Assembly (NCBI GenBank): GCA_965219685.1
Contig: CBDCOH010000002.1
Span: 1,984,001-2,048,000 of the forward strand
Source: Candidatus Spongiisociaceae bacterium
Lineage (GTDB): Bacteria > Actinomycetota > Acidimicrobiia > Spongiisociales > Spongiisociaceae
Length of the DNA: 64,000 nucleotides
Direction: 5' to 3'
The translations under genes were made by a program, and so were the position numbers. Each line of letters opens with the position of its first letter. Within the stretch, counting starts at the first letter, position 1. Below, piece after piece: positions 39,656-47,917 of the stretch. The notes under the pieces are model-generated. The model did not search any database. It was not told the origin of the DNA and saw only the letters and a program-made list of their open reading frames with translations.

Positions 39656-40848
39656 TTGGCGCTCCTGCAGTCGTTCCACAGCCGTGTGAAGCGGTCCATC
39701 GCCTCGTGCAACTCGTCGCGCGGCGCCAGGTAGGAGATGCGGATGTACTTGACCGCTCCCTCGGCGAAGATGTTGCCGGGCGAGAAGAGCAGCCCGTAGT
39801 CGACCGCCTTGTCGGCGAACGAGACCGCGTCCATCCCCGACCCCGACACGTTGGCGAAGAAGTAGAACCCGCCCTTGGGTTCGCCGTAGGTGACCCCCAG
39901 TTCGTCGAAGGTGGCCCTCATCACGGCCCGCCGTTGGTGGTACTCCACCATCATCTCGTGCAGGAACTCCTGCGGCCCCTCCAGAGCGGCCAGGGCGGCG
40001 TGCTGGGAGGGAAGGGCGGTCGAGATGCTGAGCGAGTGGCGGGGCTCGGTGGCGGCCAGGATGTAGTCGGCCGGCCCGGCCATGTATCCGACCCGGAACC
40101 CGGTCATGCTGTACGCCTTGGAGAACCCGTTGATCGTGATGGTCCGCTCCCACATGTCCGGCAGCGTGGCAAAGCTGATGTGCTCGAAACCGTCGTAGAC
40201 GACCTTCTCGTACAGTTCGTCGGAGATGACGACCAGTCCCGGGTGATCCCGCACGATGTCGGCGATGGCGGACAGGGTCTCGGCCTCGATGACCCCGGCG
40301 GTGGGGTTGTTGGGTGTGACCAGCACCAGCAGCTTGGTCTTGTCGGTGATGGCCGCCTCGATCGCTTCGGGCTTCAGCTCGAAGTCCTCCTCCTCGACGG
40401 TGGGCACGTAGACGAGGTGTCCACCGGCCATGGTGATGTTGGCCGGGTACGCCATGTAATGAGGAGTGGCCAGGAGGACCTCGTCGCCGGGATCGAGGAG
40501 GGTCTGGAGGCTGACCGCCATCGACTCCTGCGCGCCGGCGGTGACGAGGATCTCCGACTCGGCGTCGTACTCGAGATTGTTGTCCTGCTTGAACTTCCGG
40601 GAAATAGCCTCCCGCAACTCGATCATGCCCCCCGGCGGTGTGTAACCGATGTGGCCGGTGTCCAGGCAGCGCTTGGCGGCTTCGACGATGTGGGAAGGTG
40701 TGGGGATGTCCGGCTCTCCCCTGACAAGGCGGATGATGTCGTCACGGCCCTGAACCTTCCTCATTATCTGGAAGTAGGGCGACTCGTGCCCGCCGCGGAT
40801 GCGCAGGGTGCGCTCGGCCAGCGCGGCTCTCAGCTTGCTTTGGCTCAT
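39652..40848 (-). CDS. Class I/II PLP aminotransferase (aspartate aminotransferase-like)
   Basis: GEPD, PNNPTA, SDELY, GFSKAYSMTGFRVG, GGFYFF, YIRISY. Confidence 0.95.
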   Translation of the reverse strand: MSQSKLRAALAERTLRIRGGHESPYFQIMRKVQGRDDIIRLVRGEPDIPTPSHIVEAAKRCLDTGHIGYTPPGGMIELREAISRKFKQDNNLEYDAESEILVTAGAQESMAVSLQTLLDPGDEVLLATPHYMAYPANITMAGGHLVYVPTVEEEDFELKPEAIEAAITDKTKLLVLVTPNNPTAGVIEAETLSAIADIVRDHPGLVVISDELYEKVVYDGFEHISFATLPDMWERTITINGFSKAYSMTGFRVGYMAGPADYILAATEPRHSLSISTALPSQHAALAALEGPQEFLHEMMVEYHQRRAVMRATFDELGVTYGEPKGGFYFFANVSGSGMDAVSFADKAVDYGLLFSPGNIFAEGAVKYIRISYLAPRDELHEAMDRFTRLWNDCRSAK

Positions 40849-40914
40849 TGGGACTCCATGTGTGGGGCTTTCGGATCGGTGGATGTCGTCTCGATTGGCA
40901 TGTCCGGATGCAAC

Positions 40915-41847
40915 TCAGCCGCCCAGGTCGGCGTAGCGCCGCATTCCCTCGGCGATCCCGATCGGGTCCCATCCGAGCTCGGCTCGGGCCTTGTCGCAGG
41001 AGATGGTGGTCGCACGGTCGGGGGTGGCGTCGATCAGCAGTTCGGCGCCGTCGTCCACCGTGACACCGAACGACGCCACTGCTGCATCCAGCACATCCCG
41101 GAACGGGATGGGATTGCCGGATGAGAAGGCGAACGAGCGGCGGTCCATGTCCCCCGAGTAGAAGCGGTGGGCCCCTTCGGCCACGTCGTCCACGAACACC
41201 CAGTCGCAGCGGTCATCCATGCCGATCACCCTCACCGGAACCCCGTCCATCGCCGCGTCGGCCAGCTGTTTGGCCTGGGTGACGAACGGGCGGGTGTTGC
41301 GGAACTCCTCGGCCGGACCGTACATCGAAGTAGGGCGGATGGCGCCGGCGTCGAACCCGAACATGTCGGCGTACCTGAAGATCATGATCTCGGCCGCCAG
41401 CTTGGCCGAGCCATACAGCGAGAACCCGCCGTCGGCGTCGGCTTCGGTGAGAACTTCCTCCTCGAACTGGTTGTACACCCCGGCGGAGGAGATGAACAGG
41501 AACTTGCCGAGGTTCTCCTTGCGGGCAAACTCCAAGGCGTTGAGGGTCCCGATGAGGTTGACCCGGACCAGGCTGGAGGGATCCTCCTTGGTCTCCTGGA
41601 TGCTGGGCGTCAGCGCCGCGGCGTGGACGATCCCGTCGACCGGCCCGGTGACCTCCGTCGACCAGGCATCCGGATCACCGACGTCCAGCACCACGTACTC
41701 GAGCCGATCGCTCGGGGTGTCCGAACGAGGGGCGAACTCGTCGGGCGGGAGGATGTCCGCCGCAACCACGTGTTCGCCTCCCCGGGCAAAGGCACGCACC
41801 AATGCCCTGCCGAAGAACCCCGCTGCTCCTGTCACCAATACTCTCAT
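40915..41847 (-). CDS. NAD-dependent epimerase/dehydratase
   Basis: VTGAAGFFG, HAAA, ISSAGVY, YGSAK, DWVFVDD. Confidence 0.93.
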   Translation of the reverse strand: MRVLVTGAAGFFGRALVRAFARGGEHVVAADILPPDEFAPRSDTPSDRLEYVVLDVGDPDAWSTEVTGPVDGIVHAAALTPSIQETKEDPSSLVRVNLIGTLNALEFARKENLGKFLFISSAGVYNQFEEEVLTEADADGGFSLYGSAKLAAEIMIFRYADMFGFDAGAIRPTSMYGPAEEFRNTRPFVTQAKQLADAAMDGVPVRVIGMDDRCDWVFVDDVAEGAHRFYSGDMDRRSFAFSSGNPIPFRDVLDAAVASFGVTVDDGAELLIDATPDRATTISCDKARAELGWDPIGIAEGMRRYADLGG

Positions 41848-41867
41848 TACCTCTCCTCGTTGCTTCT

Positions 41868-41922
41868 TGCTAGTTACGAGTCATTAGTCAGTAAACGGAC
41901 ACCGACTACCGGCCACTACCGA
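41868..41922. repeat. Degenerate heptamer tract with two opposing arms after a stop codon
   Basis: Minus strand: TAG-TCGGTA-GTGGCCGGTA-GTCGGTG...ACTGACT-AATGACT-CGTAACT. Confidence 0.55.
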
Positions 41923-43080
41923 CTAGAGCACGATCCACTCGTCGCTCTGATCCACCATCCGGGTTCCCCCGTCGGGTCCCACGAGCACGTTGTCGGCGAT
42001 GCTGATACCGCCGAGCGCCGCACCGACTTCAGGGTCTTCGAAACCGATGGCCGGATGCAGGTTGATCATCATGTTCTCCTGCATGATCCGTTCCTTGCCG
42101 GGCACCCACGGCGGCTCCAGCGAGTCGATCCCGATTCCATGAGCGGTGTAGGAGTTGGCACCCATGGCCGAGTAGCCGTATGCGTCGTAGACGCGGTCAC
42201 GCGCGTCGAGGACCGTCTCGGAGGACTCTCCTGCCTTCATTGCCTGGACGCAGGCCTCGAAACTCTCGACCCGCATCTCCCAGAAGGCCTGCTGCTCGGG
42301 GGTCGGAGGCTTGAAGCTGTAAACGCGGCGGACCTCCACCCAGTAACCGAGCGGACCTCCCCACTCGAGGTCGATCACCATGATGTCGTCCTTCTCGATC
42401 ACTCCCCTGGTTCCGGGGCCGAAACAGGCGAAGGGGGCCCGTCCCATCAGGGCGATTCCCTCCATGCAGCCCAGTTGGCGGGCGAGACGGTGGGCCTCGG
42501 ACAGCACGTCCACTTCCTGGACTCCGGGACGCAACTCCGCCTCCAGAGCCCGGAACACCCGGCGCATGATGTTTCCGGTTTCGATCGTGGAGTCGATCTC
42601 CTCCTGGCTCTTGATGGCCCGCACGTCGTCGAAGAGGTCGGTCGCGTCCACCAGGTCGGCGTCCGGAAGCGCCGCCCGCATGCTGTTGTAGTCGGCCACG
42701 GATGTGATGTCGGCCAGGCCCACGATCCCGATCGTGCCGCCGGACAGGCCATGGTCGGAGAGGACCACTCCGATCTCGGTGCCGGCATCGTCGGGCTGGC
42801 GGTAGTCGTTGAGCCACCTTCCCTGCATGGCGTAACCCGTCCCCCATAGTGGATCGGTGACGAAGGTCGCCTCGCCCTCAATCGGCAGGACCACGAAACC
42901 ACGGCCCGCCCACTGGAATATGTCACTCACGTACTGGACGCGTCCCCGTACGAACTCGTCACCGCGGCTGCAGATGACGAAGGCGTCCATGCCCGCCCCG
43001 GCCATCGCTTCTCTGAGGGCGGCGTATCGTCGGGCGCGTTCTGCGTCCGAGGTGATGTGGGTTACGGGAACGTGTGTCAC
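41923..43080 (-). CDS. M24/creatinase-fold hydrolase (paralogue of 31262-32428)
   Basis: Shares ICSRGDEFVRGRVQYVSDIFQWAG, IDLEWGGP.GYWVEVRR and AHGIG with its paralogue; GTG after AGGAG (start may be 43101). Confidence 0.88.
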   Translation of the reverse strand: MTHVPVTHITSDAERARRYAALREAMAGAGMDAFVICSRGDEFVRGRVQYVSDIFQWAGRGFVVLPIEGEATFVTDPLWGTGYAMQGRWLNDYRQPDDAGTEIGVVLSDHGLSGGTIGIVGLADITSVADYNSMRAALPDADLVDATDLFDDVRAIKSQEEIDSTIETGNIMRRVFRALEAELRPGVQEVDVLSEAHRLARQLGCMEGIALMGRAPFACFGPGTRGVIEKDDIMVIDLEWGGPLGYWVEVRRVYSFKPPTPEQQAFWEMRVESFEACVQAMKAGESSETVLDARDRVYDAYGYSAMGANSYTAHGIGIDSLEPPWVPGKERIMQENMMINLHPAIGFEDPEVGAALGGISIADNVLVGPDGGTRMVDQSDEWIVL

Positions 43081-43193
43081 GGGCGGGGCTCCTATCTCCA
43101 AGCGCGAACTTGCGAGCCGATATTAGTTGGGGCGAACTCGACAGAATCGCGGCTATGGCGGCTTGCGTGATTCCTATGTCGGATACAATCCAG

Positions 43194-43985
43194 TCAGGTT
43201 CGCTCGAAGACGATCTGCCTCATCGACCACTCGATGGTCGACGATGTGCCGGGACCACGTGCTAGATCCTCGAGATCATCGGCCAGCCGGCCGATCTCCC
43301 CCTCGCCATAGGCATCCGCGACGAAACTCCGGTGCCGCCATGCCTCCAGGTTGAGCCGGAACATCGCCGCGGCCTGCCGGTCCGGCACCGCCATGGGCCG
43401 GATCCGGTCCACCCTCTTCTCGAGCAGCCCGGGGAGCCGGAGCGCAGCCAGTGCAGGACCTATGTACAGGGTCCTCCCCTCGTCGGAGAGCATCGAACCA
43501 ACGATTTGCAGGTAACGCGAGAATACGTGGTCGGAAGTTGTAATCGACTCCACCTCGTCCAGCAGTAAGAGGCCCCCTTGCCCGAGTTGGGATCCCCATG
43601 CCCGAACCACACTCGCCGGTTCGGCAAGGTGCGTGGCAACAAACCGCGCGTACAGGACATCGGCCGGTCCGATCGGGAAAGGAACGTCGGTGACGTCGTG
43701 AAGCAGGTACCGCTCACCTGCTCTCGCGGTTCGCCGCGCCTCGGCGATGAATAGATGCGAGGTATCCAGCCCTACGGTCTGGCGCGGCCGCAGGGTGCGT
43801 CTCACAAGACGTGTCGTATGGCCGGGTCCGCATCCGATGTCTACCGCGAGATCGGGATGATCGGGGACCGCGTAGCTCAGGAAGGCTCGCGAGGCCTCGC
43901 CGAACGTCTCGGCGAGTAGCTTCAGACGACCGGACGCGGTAGCGCTGTCACCGAACAGGTACTCCGTTTGCCCGTTGCGTGACAG
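43194..43985 (-). CDS. Class I SAM-dependent methyltransferase (start codon non-canonical or lost)
   Basis: Frame open upstream of the listed ORF, giving YLFGD...AVDIGCGPGHTT (motif I), GLDTS, HDVT, YARF, GGLLLLDE; CTG at 43985 assumed as start. Confidence 0.8.
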   Translation of the reverse strand: MSRNGQTEYLFGDSATASGRLKLLAETFGEASRAFLSYAVPDHPDLAVDIGCGPGHTTRLVRRTLRPRQTVGLDTSHLFIAEARRTARAGERYLLHDVTDVPFPIGPADVLYARFVATHLAEPASVVRAWGSQLGQGGLLLLDEVESITTSDHVFSRYLQIVGSMLSDEGRTLYIGPALAALRLPGLLEKRVDRIRPMAVPDRQAAAMFRLNLEAWRHRSFVADAYGEGEIGRLADDLEDLARGPGTSSTIEWSMRQIVFERT

Positions 43986-44005
43986 ATCTACCAGCGCTCG
44001 CTCGG

Positions 44006-44830
44006 CTAGCTGAAGAGTGGCTGGCCGGGTGTGTCGAGGGTCATCACCGAGATGTGCCAGCCTCCCAGATTGGCGAGGTAGAGCTGCTCGAGGTCAGGTC
44101 CGCCAAAGGCGCAGTTGGTGGCACGGTTGATGGACAGGCCTCGCTCGTCCCTGGCCACCAACTCGATGGTCCCGTCGGGCCGGATGCGCTCCAGCGCGCT
44201 AGCCCCGAACGAGGCCGCGTACAGGTTCTGCTCCGCGTCGAATGCGAGGCCGTCGGGCATCGGGAGAAGAGCGCCGGGCGAGCACACCTGCTCAGGGGCA
44301 CCGCCGGACCCGTCCAGGGGGACCCTCACCACGTCGTCGGTTGCGGTCTGGGCGACGTACAGGTACTCGGCGGCGTTGTCTATGGCCAGCCCGTTGGCGT
44401 AGTGGAACGGGCCGGTGTGGAACACCTCGGCATTACCGTCGGGGTCGATGCGGTAGATCTCCCCGGTCGGACCCGGGTAGTCGCCGGAGCCGGATACGTA
44501 GAGGCTCCCGTCGGGCCCGAACGCCGGGAAGTTGGGTGCCCGCAGCGCCCGGCCCCCCACCGACGAGCAGAAGACCTCCCACTCGCCGCCGGGCGAGACC
44601 CGGACCACGGTGTTGTCCTGGCTGCACACGTAGCAGTAGCCGTTGCGGTCGAAGGCCAGGCCCGCCGCCATCGCCTCGATCCGGCAGAGCACGTCGGGTT
44701 GCCGGGTTTCGGGGTCTATGACGTAGATCTGCCCGGCTTCTCCCCCGGCCCACACCCGTCCGTCGGGAGCAATGGCCACGCACTCGGGATGGTCCAGCCC
44801 GGCGCTGTAGATGTCGACTCGGTACTCCAT
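44006..44830 (-). CDS. SMP-30/gluconolactonase/LRE family protein
   Basis: LDHPEC, APN...GPDGSLY, YANGLA, PDGLAFDAEQNLY, TNCAFGGPDL. Confidence 0.92.
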   Translation of the reverse strand: MEYRVDIYSAGLDHPECVAIAPDGRVWAGGEAGQIYVIDPETRQPDVLCRIEAMAAGLAFDRNGYCYVCSQDNTVVRVSPGGEWEVFCSSVGGRALRAPNFPAFGPDGSLYVSGSGDYPGPTGEIYRIDPDGNAEVFHTGPFHYANGLAIDNAAEYLYVAQTATDDVVRVPLDGSGGAPEQVCSPGALLPMPDGLAFDAEQNLYAASFGASALERIRPDGTIELVARDERGLSINRATNCAFGGPDLEQLYLANLGGWHISVMTLDTPGQPLFS

Positions 44831-44841
44831 GCGCACGCGTC

Positions 44842-45777
44842 CTATCGGTCGTCCGACAGCGACACTACCAACCACCCCCGGCGGGACTCGCCGCCCGGGA
44901 GTACGGGCGCCTGACCTCTGTCCACCGCGGCGGCGAGGCCGTCGGCCGGCCACACGTTGACAGGCTCCACCGCGATCGAGTTCAGCCTTCCGAACCAGGG
45001 AAACCGGGTGGCGCCCCGGTTGATCCAGACCCACGCGTACGGGAATGCATCGGCGCACCACTGCAACGTGAGGCGGTCCCCTGTGTCGGGTCGAAGGATG
45101 TGAGCCTCGGTCTCCACCGGCTCGGTGATGTACAGGACCCGCTCCGCGGGATGATCGGGCATCAGGCTCAGGTCGATGCGGCTTCCGTCCCGGCTCTCGG
45201 CCCACGGCCAATGGCCTCCGCCGTCGGAGCCCAGATCGGCCTCGGGAGTGGCGAGGCCGGACTCGCCCCGGTACCGCGCCGCTCTCAACTCCAAGCGGGT
45301 GCCGGGCGGCGCATCGAAGGCGGGATGATGTCCCCAGGCGTAGGCGAAGGCGTGATCCGACGGGTTGTGGACGACCTCTTCGATCTCGAGCCGAGACCGG
45401 TCGGGGTCCAGTCGCATCGTCCTTGTCAGCACGAGAGGGGTATGGGTGTGGCAGCGCAGCGTAGCTTCGTGTTCTCCGACCCGGTCGATCACCTGCCACG
45501 GCGCCACGGAGGCCTCACCGTGCACCGGGTGGGGAATCCCGTCGACGGTGCATCCGGCCCCGGCGTTGGGGAACATCTCCTGCCATCCTCCCCGGTGCTC
45601 GGACAGCCAGTCGAGGTCGGCCGAGTAGTAGCCGCCGCCGGCGCCGGCCCGTAACGGCCAGTCCGAGTCGATCCATGCCAGGCGGTTGACGCCCCCGGGA
45701 CGCGCAAGCCGGACGATCTCCGCCCCCCTGCTCTCGTCCATTGCGACCTCGAGATGCTCGGTTCCCAGGCGGATCAT
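44842..45777 (-). CDS. Aldose 1-epimerase (galactose mutarotase)-like protein
   Basis: RGAEI, GGWQEMFPN, HGE, WGHHPAF, AVEP. Confidence 0.82.
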   Translation of the reverse strand: MIRLGTEHLEVAMDESRGAEIVRLARPGGVNRLAWIDSDWPLRAGAGGGYYSADLDWLSEHRGGWQEMFPNAGAGCTVDGIPHPVHGEASVAPWQVIDRVGEHEATLRCHTHTPLVLTRTMRLDPDRSRLEIEEVVHNPSDHAFAYAWGHHPAFDAPPGTRLELRAARYRGESGLATPEADLGSDGGGHWPWAESRDGSRIDLSLMPDHPAERVLYITEPVETEAHILRPDTGDRLTLQWCADAFPYAWVWINRGATRFPWFGRLNSIAVEPVNVWPADGLAAAVDRGQAPVLPGGESRRGWLVVSLSDDR

Positions 45778-46787
45778 TGCCCGGCGCCCGTAACGACGAT
45801 CTGCTCGGGAAAGTGGCAGGCGCTGTGCCCGCTCCCGGCCAGCCGGGGCTCGAGGCGGGGTGTCTCGCTGGCGCACAGTTCCTGTGCCTTCCAGCAGCGG
45901 GTGCGGAAGCGGCAGGCCGAGGGTGGTTCTATGGGGCTCGGCACTTCTCCGGACAGCAGGATGCGGCTGCGCTCTTCGCGGGACACGGGCTCGGGTACCG
46001 GCACCGCCGACACGAGCGCCTGGGTGTAGGGATGGGAGGGGCGGGCGAACACCTCGTCACGGTGCCCCCGCTCGACGATCCTCCCCAGGTACATGACCGC
46101 CACCCTCTCGCACACGTGTCTCACCACCGACAGGTCATGGGCGATGAACAGGTAAGCAAGCCCCAGGTCCTGCTTCAGTTCGATCAGCAGGTTGATGATC
46201 TGGGCCTGGATGGACATGTCCAGCGCCGAGACCGGCTCGTCCAGAACCAGCAACTTGGGCCGCAGTGCCAGCGCCCGCGCGATACTGATCCGCTGCCGCT
46301 GACCTCCGGAGAACTCGTGCGGGTACTTCCTGACATCGCCCGGATCCAGCCCTACCAGGTCGAGCAGTTCGGCGATTCGGGCCGCCTCCGGGCGGCGCCC
46401 CTCGTGAACCAGCAGTGGCTCCGCCACGATGTCCCCGACCTTCATGCCCGGATTGAGGGAGGCGAACGGGTCCTGGAAGACGATCTGCATGTTGCGCCGG
46501 ATAGGGCGCATCTCCCGGCGCCCCAGTTCCGTGATGTCCCGGCCCATGAAGACGATCCGGCCACTGGTCGGCGTGAGCAGCCGCAGGATCAGCTTGGCGA
46601 TGGTCGACTTCCCGCACCCGGATTCCCCCACCAGACCAAGTGCCTCCCCCTCCGCTATGGAGAAACTGACTCCGTCCACAGCCCGCAGCCACCGCCGGCG
46701 GCCGAGCGCTCCCTCCATGCGAACGGGATAGTGCATGACCACATCCTCCACCCGCACCAGAGCATCAGGCACCCCGTTCGAACTCAT
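45774..46787 (-). CDS. Peptide ABC transporter ATP-binding protein (OppF/DppF-like)
   Basis: AVDGVSF, GESGCGKST, FSGGQRQR, DEPVSALD, HPYTQAL, CRFRTRC. Confidence 0.95.
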   Translation of the reverse strand: MSSNGVPDALVRVEDVVMHYPVRMEGALGRRRWLRAVDGVSFSIAEGEALGLVGESGCGKSTIAKLILRLLTPTSGRIVFMGRDITELGRREMRPIRRNMQIVFQDPFASLNPGMKVGDIVAEPLLVHEGRRPEAARIAELLDLVGLDPGDVRKYPHEFSGGQRQRISIARALALRPKLLVLDEPVSALDMSIQAQIINLLIELKQDLGLAYLFIAHDLSVVRHVCERVAVMYLGRIVERGHRDEVFARPSHPYTQALVSAVPVPEPVSREERSRILLSGEVPSPIEPPSACRFRTRCWKAQELCASETPRLEPRLAGSGHSACHFPEQIVVTGAGQ

Positions 46788-47040
46788 CCCGCCGGAGAGT
46801 AGTGGGCCGCCGGCGAGATGATGGAGCGGTACGCGCGGGCGCACGAGCGTTGTGCTCCGCGAACTACCCGACGGGGCTCGATGGCTGCTCTCCGGTCGCA
46901 TACCTCCCGGTTGCATGACCATCAAGCGGCCATACCGCCGCAGCCGGCAAGCTCGCCTACCCGTTCATGGAGTCACCTTCGAGTGACTCCAATCCTCCCG
47001 CAGGTCGAGGCGTGCGATTCACCGAGTCCGCGAGGCAGCT

Positions 47041-47451
47041 CTATCTGACTGCGATCGCGAAGTGCCCGGCGAAGTCCATCATGAAGATCGCGTTCTTGAG
47101 GACGTCGCGACCGATGAGAACATCCCAATCGTCCGAATCCGACTTGGCCTCGATCATCTCCATCTCCAGGACTTGGAGAGCCGAAGGGGTGATGAAGAAG
47201 ACCAGGCTGACTTCGTAGACGTCGAGGTCGGCTCTCCCACTCGGCGAGCTCACGGTTCGGGTGCTTACCGGTCGATCCCGTATGTTGAGGATTGCCGCGG
47301 CGGTCCTCGACACACAACTTGTCTCGGCGCCGGTGTCGAGCAGGGCCTTGAACCGGGGAATATCCCTTGCTTCCGGGAACCCACCCGCGAAGAGACCAAC
47401 TTCTATGAGAGGTCCGACCTGTTCGTCCCACTCTCCGCTATCCCCATACAT
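47041..47451 (-). CDS. Retropepsin-like (clan AA) aspartyl protease
   Basis: ALLDTGAETSCVS and DVLIGRDVL motifs; ATG 47451 overlaps the upstream gene end. Confidence 0.85.
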   Translation of the reverse strand: MYGDSGEWDEQVGPLIEVGLFAGGFPEARDIPRFKALLDTGAETSCVSRTAAAILNIRDRPVSTRTVSSPSGRADLDVYEVSLVFFITPSALQVLEMEMIEAKSDSDDWDVLIGRDVLKNAIFMMDFAGHFAIAVR

Positions 47452-47683
47452 GGGAATACCATCCCAAATCGACAACGGACGTCGTGACATGTTGGATGGA
47501 GTAGTTGCCGTACCCGAAACGTCGTCTGCCTGCCCACCGTGCTTCCTGTCCGGTGTCGAACACGTCGATCAGCGCACCGTCGTGGAGCAACGCGCACCGG
47601 CCGGGGTGTTCTTCGAGCAGTTCTGGCAACATCTCGATGAAGACTCGATAGTTGCGCCGTGCTTCTGTCTCGACTTGTGTCAT
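47438..47683 (-). CDS. Small protein (DUF5678-like) paired with the aspartyl protease
   Basis: NY..F...LPELL..HPG..ALLHDG..I..FDT pattern; SD GGAG; overlaps the protease gene. Confidence 0.65.
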   Translation of the reverse strand: MTQVETEARRNYRVFIEMLPELLEEHPGRCALLHDGALIDVFDTGQEARWAGRRRFGYGNYSIQHVTTSVVDLGWYSHVWG

Positions 47684-47917
47684 CCCGCGCTCCGCCCTCG
47701 ACGGAACACATCACTCGGTCCTGCGTACACGCGCAGCGTCGGGATGGTTCGCCTCGACATCGCGGGACAGAACATTGTCACACACCTCATTTACGAGAGC
47801 TTAGCATCTGTGTACATTGCTGAGCCGTGTAGTTCAACCCCCTTCCTGACCTGCCCAAGCGCATCCGCACCCCTCATCGTCTCAGGTGTACAATCGGCTG
47901 ACCGATAGGAGCGGACC

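Noticed and set aside
38684-40153. 489-aa extended dehydrogenase ORF (similar extensions at 44006-45499, 59259-60437, 28113-29237, 61839-62501)
   Set aside because: The N-terminal extensions overlap upstream genes in another frame, which is common in high-GC DNA; starts were trimmed.
47775-47845. TTGTCACAC and GTTCAACCCCCTT as a third copy of the 250-bp element
   Set aside because: The short matches are in inconsistent orientation, with no CATACT at the right distance and no collinear body.
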